A DNA stretch of 64,000 nucleotides from a virus. Its lineage: Duplodnaviria > Caudoviricetes. The stretch is taken from IMG/VR virus record IMGVR_UViG_2834443690_000002, positions 1 to 64,000 of that record; one strand, written 5' to 3'. Below the pieces are notes generated by a model that ran no database searches, was not told where the DNA came from, and saw nothing but the letters and a program-made list of their open reading frames with translations. This document shows, one piece after another, positions 30,784 through 40,763 of this stretch; the first letter of the stretch is position 1, and each line of letters begins with the position of its first letter. Both the position numbers and the translations under genes were made by a program.

Positions 30784-31314
30784 TTGGAGGTGTTCTATAT
30801 GACCTGGTTACCTGATTGGTATTATGAATGGTTAAAGGTAAACGGTTATGAATTATATGCAACTATAATTAGCGCAATATTACTACCAATTATGTTATAT
30901 TCTCTCCTGCGATTATCCGACAAGTGGAATGAAAATAATGAAGAAACAACTGAAAGCTTAAAGATGGAAACCAATATTGACAAGCTTAATCTATTATCTA
31001 AAAAGGTCGAAGCTGTATCAAAGGAATTAAACCAAACTTTTAATTTATTGGCTTACGATTTATCAAAACGAATAGAGATAATTGATAAACAAAAAAAGAA
31101 TATTAATTATCTCAAAGAGCAAGAAAAACAATTACAAGACGATGTAGATGTTCTCAAAAACACATCTGTCGAATCTGCTGAGTATTTTTACAGAGCTATA
31201 AAAAGTTATTACAGCGAAGTAGAAAAAAAAAGTTCTATGCGAGCTACTCTTTTCTTTTTCCTGGGTATACTTTCGGGAATTATAATTGATATCGTTAAAG
31301 GATTATTTTTTTAG
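30784..31314 (+). CDS. Membrane-anchored coiled-coil protein (moron)
   Basis: TM - coiled coil - TM; antisense to phage genes. Confidence 0.6.
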   Translation: MEVFYMTWLPDWYYEWLKVNGYELYATIISAILLPIMLYSLLRLSDKWNENNEETTESLKMETNIDKLNLLSKKVEAVSKELNQTFNLLAYDLSKRIEIIDKQKKNINYLKEQEKQLQDDVDVLKNTSVESAEYFYRAIKSYYSEVEKKSSMRATLFFFLGILSGIIIDIVKGLFF

Positions 31315-31520
31315 GTTTAATAGCTCTTCATTAGCAAAATTATCCCTTCTGATACTCTATTTAAACTACAAAAAGCCGCCCTTTCGGACGGCCTCTCTTA
31401 ATACCATGATACCACTGATTTGCACCTAAGCACTGCTAATTTTGTGCCAGATTTCTGCCAAAACACAAAAATAATTCAGCGGAAAATTATTTTCAAATAT
31501 TATGGCTAGGGAGGATCAAT

Positions 31521-32456
31521 ATGAATGACTTAATTAGTGTTAGAGAGTATGCTAATAAGATTGACGAAGTTACAATGAAACAATTTGGGAAAGATATAAC
31601 TATTGACCTTGACTTTATTCTTGAAGAGAAAAAAAAGGAATTTAGGAGTCTCATTGAAAACAGGCTTGAAGATTTTATAGTTTTATTTGATATTGCACTG
31701 AAATTATCAATTCAGATTCATGAAATATGTAAAAAGAATAATTCAGAAAGCAAAACCAGCTTAGCATTAGTAGTATTAAGCGCAAAAATAGTAACCATGA
31801 TGATAAGTATTAGGACATTACTCTATAGTGGTATGATGGACGGAATAAAATGTTTACAGCGATCACTAATTGAAACAATAAATCTATTTTTCTCTTGTTT
31901 AAGTAATAAAGAATTTAGCAATAAATTTGCCAATAAGGAGGAAATGTATGATAACGACGAATTTTGGAATAAAAATATCTCTCGTGGAAAACTCAATAAA
32001 GACATTGTGCGATTATTTAGTAAGCTAGATTATAAACAAGAATTTATTGATTACTTTCGTAATCGAAGAAATGAACAGCAAAAATTTTTGTCTAATTCAA
32101 TTCATTCATCATTTAACTCGTCGTTTTCGAACTTTATTATGATAACTTTAGACTTTAAATATAATGATGATTGCTATGGTAAAGTGACCACAGCCTACCC
32201 CAACATGATATTAAGTCTTTTGGAAGATATCAATATTTTGTCAATGGTATTCTATGATTCAGTAAATAAAAAGATATCTGAACACTTTCTGACATTTGAT
32301 TTTGGAAAAGACAATTTTGTATATTGTCATTTTTATAATCAATATAAAATTCTATTTGAAGAATATCATCTTAGGCTTAAAAATGAAGGGGATAAATACT
32401 CTCAAATGTTAAAAGAGGCATACAATTTTTTCCTTCAAAATCAATTCAAAGATTAA
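31521..32456 (+). CDS. Helical moron, DUF5677-like (possible HEPN-related)
   Basis: RSLIE and LSNSIH motifs; very AT-rich; antisense. Confidence 0.5.
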   Translation: MNDLISVREYANKIDEVTMKQFGKDITIDLDFILEEKKKEFRSLIENRLEDFIVLFDIALKLSIQIHEICKKNNSESKTSLALVVLSAKIVTMMISIRTLLYSGMMDGIKCLQRSLIETINLFFSCLSNKEFSNKFANKEEMYDNDEFWNKNISRGKLNKDIVRLFSKLDYKQEFIDYFRNRRNEQQKFLSNSIHSSFNSSFSNFIMITLDFKYNDDCYGKVTTAYPNMILSLLEDINILSMVFYDSVNKKISEHFLTFDFGKDNFVYCHFYNQYKILFEEYHLRLKNEGDKYSQMLKEAYNFFLQNQFKD

Positions 32457-32956
32457 GGTGATACCCACCCTAACTCCTCAAAACTAATCTGCTCTCTCTT
32501 TACATACCCAAACAACTGAGCAGCTAGAACAATAAGCTCGTCCTTCAATCTGTAATACGACCTCACAGCCATCCCAATCTCACCAGCTACCCAAAAATCC
32601 TTATTAAATCTTTGCATATACTTAAGCTCAATCAATTTCTTTTCTGTCGATCCTAAAGAATTAAGAATCATATCTACCTCACGGATCTTTAGCCTTAAAT
32701 CCCTGATTTCAATCTCCATTTCTAATCTACTCTCCGCATATCCCCCTGTCTTATCACTAATACTTCCAATAGAACGGCCAGGACTTAGACTAAGCTGAGC
32801 CGTATTGCTCGGAAATTCAGTCTCAAGCTGTGCAATAAGTATTTGTAGACGAAGTTTATCCTGCGTGTAAGTCATGAACCGACGGATCGTTTGTCGGTAC
32901 CATAACGGCTTTACACGCTTTTTCTTTTCTGTTGTCACAATTTCAGCCTCGCCCAA
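32453..32956 (-). CDS. Late transcription activator (RinA/ArpU-like)
   Basis: Coiled coil plus C-terminal HTH (LIELKY...VAGEIG...SYYRLK) before the packaging module. Confidence 0.75.
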   Translation of the reverse strand: MGEAEIVTTEKKKRVKPLWYRQTIRRFMTYTQDKLRLQILIAQLETEFPSNTAQLSLSPGRSIGSISDKTGGYAESRLEMEIEIRDLRLKIREVDMILNSLGSTEKKLIELKYMQRFNKDFWVAGEIGMAVRSYYRLKDELIVLAAQLFGYVKREQISFEELGWVSP

Positions 32957-32986
32957 GCCCTTTCCCTCCTTATCCGCAGGAATAAC

Positions 32987-33334
32987 TTATCGTTTAGTTT
33001 CCCTTCCCGCTAAATCCTGACCAGCTTCCCACTCCCGATAAATTGCAAACCACTGCTCAGCATCCATACATATTTTCCAATTCTCACGATTTCGGCGGAA
33101 GGCCACAATTGGCATTTCTCCCTCTTTGGCGTCCCTGCGACTTTGGGCCATAGCCTCTTCAATGTTCAGCTTTTCGACTCTCTTACACTCAATATGAATC
33201 CCAGGAAGGCCAACAACATCTTCACCCTCGATACCGCAGAATTGTTGTCCGCGCCTGCAGTTGTATCCTTGATCTCGGCAGAGGCGGGCGAATTCGCGTT
33301 CACCTTCTGCTCCTTTTGCTCGGCTATTTGTCAT
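32987..33334 (-). CDS. Holliday junction resolvase-like PD-(D/E)xK nuclease
   Basis: SRAKG..GERE, D..., HIECK. Confidence 0.8.
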   Translation of the reverse strand: MTNSRAKGAEGEREFARLCRDQGYNCRRGQQFCGIEGEDVVGLPGIHIECKRVEKLNIEEAMAQSRRDAKEGEMPIVAFRRNRENWKICMDAEQWFAIYREWEAGQDLAGRETKR

Positions 33335-33852
33335 TGGGCCATCTTCATCTCCTGTTCACGCTCTGCATCATAGATAGTCATTTGGTAATCTGCCTTTCTT
33401 ACGGCCTCAGCAAACTTTTCAATTCCATAATCCCAAAGTCCATGACGATGAATCACGTCTGAAAATTCTTCAACGTCATGCTCACGTACATACCAGCTAT
33501 CAGGATCGCTTTTCTTGGCCCATTCCTTGCGAATAACTTTTCCTGTTTCCGGGTTGATTACTTCCATTCCCGTTTTACGCTGAATATGGCAAAGTTCATG
33601 ATCAACCAAGGCCTCAAGCCTGTCCATGGACCAATTTTCAAGGGCAACATCGATAATAAAAACATGAAACATCATGCCCGTTAAGAAACGTTCGAAACTT
33701 GAGCATTTCTTGCATTTGCCTGCCCAATCCACTCCACTGTCATCACGAGTGTAATATTCTATGAGTTCCTTAGCATCCTTAAGATGCGGATGGTGTTCGT
33801 CAATCAATCTCTCAGCGATATCTCGAATTCTTGGCGATTTTTCGTAACCCAT
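33331..33852 (-). CDS. Putative phage metallopeptidase
   Basis: DHELCH (HExxH), HDVEEF. Confidence 0.8.
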   Translation of the reverse strand: MGYEKSPRIRDIAERLIDEHHPHLKDAKELIEYYTRDDSGVDWAGKCKKCSSFERFLTGMMFHVFIIDVALENWSMDRLEALVDHELCHIQRKTGMEVINPETGKVIRKEWAKKSDPDSWYVREHDVEEFSDVIHRHGLWDYGIEKFAEAVRKADYQMTIYDAEREQEMKMAQ

Positions 33853-33925
33853 TGCGTATCCTCTCTTTCTTGTAACACTTGTCTTCTATCGCTCATAAGC
33901 TACCCTTGAAGGTGGTGAAACAATA

Positions 33926-34099
33926 GTGTTGTTAAGCTGTCCCAATTGCCAGAACATGGATCACTTAAGCAAGTGGATCCAACATACAGCCGAAATCTTA
34001 AGGATAAACATAATTCCAGCTGCTATAAGTCCTATTTATTTCTGTACAAATTGTTTAAATGCTTCGGCTAGCGCAAACCTTCCTCGCATCGAGCATTAA
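33926..34099 (+). CDS. 57-aa zinc-finger micro-protein, absent from ORF track
   Basis: GAAGGTGGTG RBS, GTG start, CPNC...CTNC. Confidence 0.5.
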   Translation: MLLSCPNCQNMDHLSKWIQHTAEILRINIIPAAISPIYFCTNCLNASASANLPRIEH

Positions 34100-34114
34100 A
34101 CACCGGTTATTGCC

Positions 34115-34915
34115 TCACAAATAAAAGTTATCGTACTTGGTTGATGAACCTGTCCTTTTTGGGTTTGTCGGGCCTCTCGTCTGCTGTCCCTTATTCGCGT
34201 AATTCTTAAACGGATCGCTCTCAGTCTTGAACTTATCCAGCCCTCGAACAAGAAAATCACTCAGTCCCCATTTGTATGTCCAGAAATATTTCTCATTGTC
34301 CTTGAGGATAGTGTCATAATTATCGACGGCTTCAAGGATTTCATGAACTGAATATCCTTCTTCGAATCTCGCATTTATGTGACCGGATATTTTTTCAGTG
34401 AGCGTTTTGTGGGTAATGATTTTTTTAGAATTCCAATGCGAAAAGACTATATATATATTTTCTTTATATATTTCTTTCTTTTCTTTCTTGGGTGAACGAT
34501 CGTTCCCCTCATGAGGGGAAGAATTGTTCCCCTCACAGGGGATTGATTGTTCCCCTGGTGAATGATTGTTCCCCACCTTTTGAGGGGAATGATTGTTCCC
34601 CAGCCAAGTGTCAAAATCCTTGTTAAATTTCAAAGTCCTTGATTCTGCTTTCGTGTTTTCTTTTGTGACTAAAAGGATATTTCTATCAATAAGGACCTTT
34701 AATTCCTTTTTGATTGCTCTGCCTGAAAATCCGGTCGCATTTGCAAGGAAGCTCACTGACATCTCATGTTCACTTCTTTGAAATCCATAAGTAAATCTCC
34801 AAACTGTGAGAATGATTGAATACTGGGTACCGTTCAGGTGGAGTTGCGCTGATTTCTCAAGTAAACTATTTGCAATTCTTGTGAACTCCCCTGAGTCAAT
34901 TTGAACGTCAGCCAT
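34115..34915 (-). CDS. Replication initiator (lambda O-like)
   Basis: FTRIANSLLE, R.TYGF, FNKD...W; internal iterons. Confidence 0.88.
   Translation of the reverse strand: MADVQIDSGEFTRIANSLLEKSAQLHLNGTQYSIILTVWRFTYGFQRSEHEMSVSFLANATGFSGRAIKKELKVLIDRNILLVTKENTKAESRTLKFNKDFDTWLGNNHSPQKVGNNHSPGEQSIPCEGNNSSPHEGNDRSPKKEKKEIYKENIYIVFSHWNSKKIITHKTLTEKISGHINARFEEGYSVHEILEAVDNYDTILKDNEKYFWTYKWGLSDFLVRGLDKFKTESDPFKNYANKGQQTRGPTNPKRTGSSTKYDNFYL
34494..34601. repeat. Five iterons of the phage replication origin
   Basis: GAATGATTGTTCCCC-like copies at 34494, 34518, 34541, 34560, 34587 next to an AT-rich tract (34441-34490). Confidence 0.85.
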
Positions 34916-34984
34916 TTCTCCACCTTCTCCGTTAAAACAATGATTTTTGGGGAAAGATTAACCTATCCTTAAATCACAAAGGGG

Positions 34985-35182
34985 TTGTATCTTATGTCTG
35001 GCAAACTCAAGATTGAAATCGTCGACGATAAGAATGTACTCGAAATTTTTGAATCAGAACCTGGTAAACTAGCCTTTGTGATGTATCCCGATGATCCTAA
35101 AGATGACAGTATTCTTGAAGTTACCACTGATACGTCAGAATTTACATCGCTACTTAAACGACTTCTGGATATTACAGGCTAA
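34985..35182 (+). CDS. Small acidic hypothetical protein (antisense)
   Basis: AAAGGGG RBS before MSGKL. Confidence 0.5.
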   Translation: MYLMSGKLKIEIVDDKNVLEIFESEPGKLAFVMYPDDPKDDSILEVTTDTSEFTSLLKRLLDITG

Positions 35183-35292
35183 AACAACGTTGTCCCCATT
35201 GACTTAGACGCAAGTGGATTATTCCATAATACTTCTTCGCGCTCGCGGCCGCCTTCCGCTAATGTCTTAGCTGTTTTCTGAATCCAGTGTTT
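35179..35292 (-). pseudogene. Orphan C-terminal fragment of a Dam/D12-type methyltransferase
   Basis: Start-less frame KHWIQKTAKTLAEGGREREEVLWNNP, matching the GG.R.EVLW.N end typical of phage D12 MTases. Confidence 0.6.
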
Positions 35293-36002
35293 TATAGTGA
35301 ACAAATAAGGCATGGTTCCGCATCTGGCTCAGGCCATAATTTGAGCTGTTGTTCATCTGCTACTCTTAATTGACTAAGAGTAAACCTTTGGTTCCAACCC
35401 CATCCCTGTTTTGTGGTAATACTTGATTGTCTTTCCCATTCCTCTGCGACTCCATAAAGGGTCGGATGATGTTTAAGAAGTCCTAACCAATCACGTTTTT
35501 TCTGAAAGAAGCAAAAGAAACAAGATACATTACTGCGCCATTCGTAAACTGGATTTAGCAAGTCATAATTTGCGCAAAGTGCTTTTACATCTTTCTTGCC
35601 CATTCCAGCCTCAGCAAGGGGATATGCATTTTCGTATTTCTCAGTATTTTTACGTTCTAACCTTCGAGGTTCATCAGCTCTAATACCCACAAACACCTTT
35701 TCCGCTCTTATCTGATTAAAGAAATTCCTTTGAGGAACCATTTTGACCAACTTTGTACACCATCTCATTCTTGGACCAGGCAAAAGAAAACCATATTGCA
35801 CTAAATGTTGAAAGAAACTTCCGTTACTCACAACATTTAGTTTTTTATCAATCCTCTGGGCCAATCTTGGGAGTATCCAATAAGTTTCGGGAAGTTCTCC
35901 CCCAGTATCACTGAAAACCATTTCAAAGTCTTCTCCACGTTCCCAAAGAAGGAGTGCCAATGCCGTACTATCTGCCCCGCCACTTACTGCTACATAGTTC
36001 AA
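35292..36002 (-). CDS. PAPS-reductase-family (PP-loop) protein
   Basis: SGGADS, DTG.ELPET, RWCT...K, GIRADE..R, SCFFC. Confidence 0.88.
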   Translation of the reverse strand: MNYVAVSGGADSTALALLLWERGEDFEMVFSDTGGELPETYWILPRLAQRIDKKLNVVSNGSFFQHLVQYGFLLPGPRMRWCTKLVKMVPQRNFFNQIRAEKVFVGIRADEPRRLERKNTEKYENAYPLAEAGMGKKDVKALCANYDLLNPVYEWRSNVSCFFCFFQKKRDWLGLLKHHPTLYGVAEEWERQSSITTKQGWGWNQRFTLSQLRVADEQQLKLWPEPDAEPCLICSL

Positions 36003-36017
36003 AGAAATACCTCCTCC

Positions 36018-36767
36018 TTAAAACGGGCACATTTTCAACTCAATAACCTTCCTAGGCTCTGCGACCTCAACGTCCTTCATAGTCAGATCACGTATCTCCC
36101 GGACCATTCTCGCTGCGTCTGCATTTCCATCCGAAAGGTGAATGAGTACAATTGTCCTTACTTGCATCAGATCATTGGCCTGAAGAAAGCTCTTAACATT
36201 ATCCAAACTAAAATGACTTTCGAGCAGCCGGTTCTTTAATGATTCTGGGATCCGTCCGGCCACGATGTTTTCCTCGAGGATATCTCGACAGTAATTACAT
36301 TCGACCATGATGTAATTAAGGCCATTGAACCGATATCGAATGTAAAAGGTATCCGTCGCAAAGAGCAATTTCTCTCCGGTTGGCCGATACTGAATTAGAT
36401 ACCCGAGTGGTTCAGCAGCATCATGTTGAACATCAAATGCCATGATAGCAAAATCCTCAATATTGAACTGCATACCATTCTTTACTACTTGCGCCCGATA
36501 AAACCTATGCTCATAAGCATTAAGCGCCTTGGCTGTGCCATTTGACATAACAGTAGTAATCCCAGCCCACATAACGTCCTTAACAGCCTTAGAATGGTCT
36601 TTGTGTTCGTGAGTGATAAGACAGCCGTGTACGTTATATAAATCAAAATCCAAAGCCTTTTGTATTTCTTTGAAGGGAACCCCTGCATCTAGCAGGAGGC
36701 TACCTGTTTGTGTCTCGAGGATGTAACAATTTCCTTTGCTCGATGAGCCTATTACTTTTAGTATCAT
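36018..36767 (-). CDS. Metallo-beta-lactamase-fold nuclease (YycJ-like)
   Basis: GSSSKGN, THEHKDH, HD, TD, HLS. Confidence 0.88.
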   Translation of the reverse strand: MILKVIGSSSKGNCYILETQTGSLLLDAGVPFKEIQKALDFDLYNVHGCLITHEHKDHSKAVKDVMWAGITTVMSNGTAKALNAYEHRFYRAQVVKNGMQFNIEDFAIMAFDVQHDAAEPLGYLIQYRPTGEKLLFATDTFYIRYRFNGLNYIMVECNYCRDILEENIVAGRIPESLKNRLLESHFSLDNVKSFLQANDLMQVRTIVLIHLSDGNADAARMVREIRDLTMKDVEVAEPRKVIELKMCPF

Positions 36768-36770
36768 GGC

Positions 36771-37496
36771 TTAGAAGTCCGGTCCTAGAGTTTGTTGGAG
36801 TTCTGCTTCGTGTTCTGGCTTATCCTCGATTTGCTCTGTTTCAGGCGAAGGTTCTGGTTCTGATTCTGGCCCGATATCAATGATTGGTCCTTTATTGGCA
36901 TTTTGATCAATTACGATCTCGGGATCATTACCGCCAATATCGATAATTTCTTCTGTCGTGTGCATTCCCATGGCCATCTCAGGAGCATATGCTCGGATAA
37001 ACCAACTAGCAGCCCGGTACATAAGCATTTGTTCTTGCATGGTCTGCCACTTGCTCCCGTTCTTGGTGTACCATCCTTCTTTTTTGGCGATCTCTATTGT
37101 CACTGTTGATCCTTCAAGTTTTTCACCTGTTGCCTTTTCAATAGCCCAGGCTTTACAGCCATATTGATCTGTGCCTTTTTTACCAATCCATTCATAGCGA
37201 AGGGATGAGAAACGTCCTGAGGTATTAAATGTGGAAATTAAGAATTGGCTTGACCATCCTGGGCGCCCATATACAATAAATAGATTTTGCATAACCATTA
37301 ATGGATCCGCGCCCATTCTACTTGCCATATTTAGGGCAATTACGCAGTTTGGTATGTTATTTTGATAATCCTTGGGAACAAGTGAAGAGTTGGCTAATAA
37401 CGTGGCTGCTCTTTGGGTAAATTCAAAACTTTTTAAGCTCATAAATCCTGGCATTATTTCGGAATCCTCATTTTTGACGGCTAATTCATTTGACAT
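36771..37496 (-). CDS. Single-strand annealing recombinase (RecT-like)
   Basis: MVMQNL..V.G.P, KW.TM..QML.YRA, acidic tail. Confidence 0.8.
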   Translation of the reverse strand: MSNELAVKNEDSEIMPGFMSLKSFEFTQRAATLLANSSLVPKDYQNNIPNCVIALNMASRMGADPLMVMQNLFIVYGRPGWSSQFLISTFNTSGRFSSLRYEWIGKKGTDQYGCKAWAIEKATGEKLEGSTVTIEIAKKEGWYTKNGSKWQTMQEQMLMYRAASWFIRAYAPEMAMGMHTTEEIIDIGGNDPEIVIDQNANKGPIIDIGPESEPEPSPETEQIEDKPEHEAELQQTLGPDF

Positions 37497-37532
37497 GGTA
37501 TATTCCTCCGTTTTCTTGTTATTATTTTAAAT

Positions 37533-37829
37533 TCATCTTGAATTACACTCGCAACATCCTGGTAGGGCCTTTGTTAACTCGTGATTGGCATTATAAATAC
37601 CGGAAATGGTAGAAGTTCCTCTGCTATTAGTGATAATCAAATTGTTATCGCTTCGTTCTATTAAAAGTTTTTTTCTTAACTCATTAATACCTCGCATTAT
37701 ATTTTCTCTTTCTCGTGGGTTCGTGCTATAGCAAGATCCATCAAATTCGCTTTCTAATCTCTTGAGAGCGCTCATCATGCGCCCCCTAGCTCTCTTTGCC
37801 TTTTTACGTGCTCTTGTTTCTGGCCGCAT
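37533..37829 (-). CDS. Hypothetical basic protein
   Basis: ORF within early operon. Confidence 0.45.
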   Translation of the reverse strand: MRPETRARKKAKRARGRMMSALKRLESEFDGSCYSTNPRERENIMRGINELRKKLLIERSDNNLIITNSRGTSTISGIYNANHELTKALPGCCECNSR

Positions 37830-37873
37830 ATCTTAACCATCTCTCTCACTTTCTTGTTTATTGTGCGTTAATC

Positions 37874-39841
37874 TCATACAACCTCCACTCTCAGAACCTT
37901 ATCCGGTTCACTCTTAATCAAGTTAATGACCTGACTTTGAGTATCAATGATCCTTGAAACCGACTCTCTAAAGTCAATCCAGATTGGAGCTAAGCAGCCA
38001 TAGTGATCAGCCAGGACATTTATAATGTCTAAGCCAGCATTAACCTTTCCAGCATGGTTCACGTTCGGCCAGGTAACACCATCAACCATAGCCTCGCAAC
38101 ATTCGTTTATACCGCCGTTAATCTGAACATCAAAGAGCTTCCACTTAACGATCTTGAACCGACTGTTAATGTTCCCCTCTAAGAGATTAACCTTAGCCAT
38201 AATGAACTGCTCGATAAGATTCCGTTGTTTCTCAAACTCGCTAAGTTGTTGAGCAAGTGTACGTTCCTCAGCCTTGAGTTCTTCGATCCTAGCCTTAGTT
38301 TTAATGGCAACATCCCGCGTATGAAGAAGGTTATTCAGAGTCTCAATTTGCTCAGTAACTTTAGCTTTCTGTTGAAGAAGTTCAGAAGTTGTGTCCTCGA
38401 CAGGTTTATTTAGCTCCTCCATAAGAGCGTTATATTGGGATTGAAGGCGTCGATATTGTTCATCGACATTATAATTAGGCGCGGTGTGATCTTTGGCCTC
38501 AGCATTGATCTCTTTGTTGATCTCAGACAGGCGCTCATCAATTTCCGCGATCTTTAATTCATTATTGGTTAAGTCTTTCTTCATGGTCTCAATCTCTTCC
38601 GAGATGGCTGTTTGCTTGGCGCCAATCTCCTTACCCTCGGATCTGGCTTTATCCATAGTTTGAGCTTTAGCATGTTCGAAGTTATGCCGCATCTGTTCAA
38701 TACGCTCTTGCTTCTGGCCTTGGGGAAGACCTTGTCCACACGTTGGGCAAACAAAAGCTTCCGGATCAGGTTCTTTGAACTGCTTCTCGTTCTCTTGAAT
38801 CCAGGTTTGACGTAATTCAACGAGTTTTGCCTCGTTATTGGCAAATAAGGTTTCCTTGTCCTTGATTTTTGGCCCCGTCATTTGAGAAGCAACTTCTAGG
38901 CGATATTTTTCATTTTCAAGCTTGGCCTTTTCATCAGTCAGCTGCCTTGATCCAGCCCGAGCTTCTGCATCAAGTTCGTTCTTCCGTTTCTCAATTGCAG
39001 AACTCAGTTTAAAGGATTCTTGTTGCTTCTGGCGAAAATCGGCGGTTAATTGACTCGCATCTAACATGCTTTTCTCGATCTTCTGAAGAGTTGCTTTATG
39101 TTCGAGCAATCCAGCTTCAACCACGGAATAATTAATTTCTTCACCAAGTACGGTCCTGGAAAGCTCGTTGATCTTGATGGGTATAGCTTTGATTTGCTCA
39201 TTGAGCATTTTGATTTTCTCAGCAATAATCTTTCGTTGGTCATTGATCGATTTGCCTGAAAGGATTTCCGTTAGAGATTCCAAGCTTTTATCCGAAGCAA
39301 TAACATCGGCATCAGATACATCTCCGCAAATCTCCATGAGTGTTTTACGTCGGTCCTCCCATTTGATCTGGGTACAAAAGAAAAATGGATTCGTCAGGAG
39401 CTTAAAAACTGTCTCATTAATAATCGAGTTGATAGCTGCTGCATATTCCCTGGCCTTGGCCGGGACCTCATCAATCCAATAACTTGTTTCATGGCCATCG
39501 AATTCATCAGTTGTAGTACCACGTTTTCTGGTCCATTTTTCCTTGAGCATCTTTCGAAGAGTTTTGGGCTGCCCATTGATTAATAGATGGAGAGTAACGT
39601 CCGTCTCAAGGAAATGAATGTCGCTTCCGTCCTTGTCTTGAGGCTTGACTGAGAAGTCTGCCCTGTTTGCGCTATCCTTACCGAACAGAACCCAAAGAAA
39701 AGCGTCTTCACCAGTTGTTTTCCCGGTACCGTTCTCGCCAAATATAAAAGCGTTTAGGCCGCCAATATCCAGGATAAAATCCTTGATCCCTTTAAAATTC
39801 CGAATCTCCATTTTGGAGAGTAAAATTTGATTCATCTGCAA
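37874..39841 (-). CDS. SbcC/Rad50-like coiled-coil ATPase
   Basis: GENGTGKT, long coiled coil with central CPTC hook, IWID. Confidence 0.88.
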   Translation of the reverse strand: MQMNQILLSKMEIRNFKGIKDFILDIGGLNAFIFGENGTGKTTGEDAFLWVLFGKDSANRADFSVKPQDKDGSDIHFLETDVTLHLLINGQPKTLRKMLKEKWTRKRGTTTDEFDGHETSYWIDEVPAKAREYAAAINSIINETVFKLLTNPFFFCTQIKWEDRRKTLMEICGDVSDADVIASDKSLESLTEILSGKSINDQRKIIAEKIKMLNEQIKAIPIKINELSRTVLGEEINYSVVEAGLLEHKATLQKIEKSMLDASQLTADFRQKQQESFKLSSAIEKRKNELDAEARAGSRQLTDEKAKLENEKYRLEVASQMTGPKIKDKETLFANNEAKLVELRQTWIQENEKQFKEPDPEAFVCPTCGQGLPQGQKQERIEQMRHNFEHAKAQTMDKARSEGKEIGAKQTAISEEIETMKKDLTNNELKIAEIDERLSEINKEINAEAKDHTAPNYNVDEQYRRLQSQYNALMEELNKPVEDTTSELLQQKAKVTEQIETLNNLLHTRDVAIKTKARIEELKAEERTLAQQLSEFEKQRNLIEQFIMAKVNLLEGNINSRFKIVKWKLFDVQINGGINECCEAMVDGVTWPNVNHAGKVNAGLDIINVLADHYGCLAPIWIDFRESVSRIIDTQSQVINLIKSEPDKVLRVEVV

Positions 39842-39853
39842 TTCTCCTTTTCA

Positions 39854-40084
39854 TCAAATTGCTGCCGGCACCGGCACATAAGACCCGCAATTTGGCCTAT
39901 TCGTACAACTATCACAATTCAAGAAACACGCCTCTTCGCCGCAGATCAACATTGTCAACTCTTCGTAACTTTCTTTCCAAGACTGAGCGCAACTTAGACA
40001 TTTACATACTCTCTTGGCCTTAGACCGAGAATTTCTGATCTTCCTGTTTGGCATAACGTAATTTTTAATGGTCATGCCAAACAC
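39854..40084 (-). CDS. Cys-rich hypothetical protein
   Basis: Multiple Cys; coupled to upstream gene. Confidence 0.5.
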   Translation of the reverse strand: MFGMTIKNYVMPNRKIRNSRSKAKRVCKCLSCAQSWKESYEELTMLICGEEACFLNCDSCTNRPNCGSYVPVPAAI

Positions 40085-40545
40085 CTCTCAACATGATAAA
40101 TACAAATTCGCTTAGCCGCAGATCCCCTGCATTCGTTATGGCAGTGATAAACTGTAGAGGGTAATTCGAGATGACAATCTCCAAGGAATTTGCATTTAAA
40201 GCAAAGACAATTTTTGCAATCCGGTCCAAGTTCAATTAAGGGAAAGTTCATTAATGGTTCTATTTTTGAGGTATCCATGTTACAATCAGGGTGAATATTT
40301 TTTGTTTGAGCTTCCGTTGGCGCGGGAGCTATTTTTATTTCCCGGGGTAATGGGTTATCCATTCCGGCTTCATCATATGCTTTGAGCATCTCCACGATCT
40401 CGGCAAACTTTTCCTCTAAATCAATATGACCAAGGCCAGCAATTCCTTCGATAACGCCAATAGTATAGTCTGCTAAAAATTCCTTGCCATTTTTCTCAAC
40501 ATAGCTGACTAACATCGATTTGTAATCCATAGTTATTGCCCCCAA
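40072..40545 (-). CDS. Hypothetical protein with Cys-rich C-terminus
   Basis: CKNCLCFKC...C; early operon. Confidence 0.5.
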   Translation of the reverse strand: MGAITMDYKSMLVSYVEKNGKEFLADYTIGVIEGIAGLGHIDLEEKFAEIVEMLKAYDEAGMDNPLPREIKIAPAPTEAQTKNIHPDCNMDTSKIEPLMNFPLIELGPDCKNCLCFKCKFLGDCHLELPSTVYHCHNECRGSAAKRICIYHVERCLA

Positions 40546-40763
40546 TTCGTTGAATCGATATAGACTGGATTTACATACTTTTGTCCTATCTTCCGGTCAT
40601 CTACATAATCCACGACGACTTCATCATCGGTTACAGTAACGAGCGTTTTGTGGTCCCTCACTGTTAGGCCGCTACGCATGAGTTGGGCCCAATGCTTGCG
40701 ATAGCGATAATCGGCGATATAATCTTTCACTAACTTAATTAACTTTGTAATCTTTTTAATCAT
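40533..40763 (-). CDS. Hypothetical protein
   Basis: Overlapping early operon ORF. Confidence 0.5.
   Translation of the reverse strand: MIKKITKLIKLVKDYIADYRYRKHWAQLMRSGLTVRDHKTLVTVTDDEVVVDYVDDRKIGQKYVNPVYIDSTNWGQ

Noticed and set aside
35292-36002. Sulfate-assimilation cysH or a full Dnd phosphorothioate system
   Set aside because: Located in the phage early operon with no other cys or dnd genes
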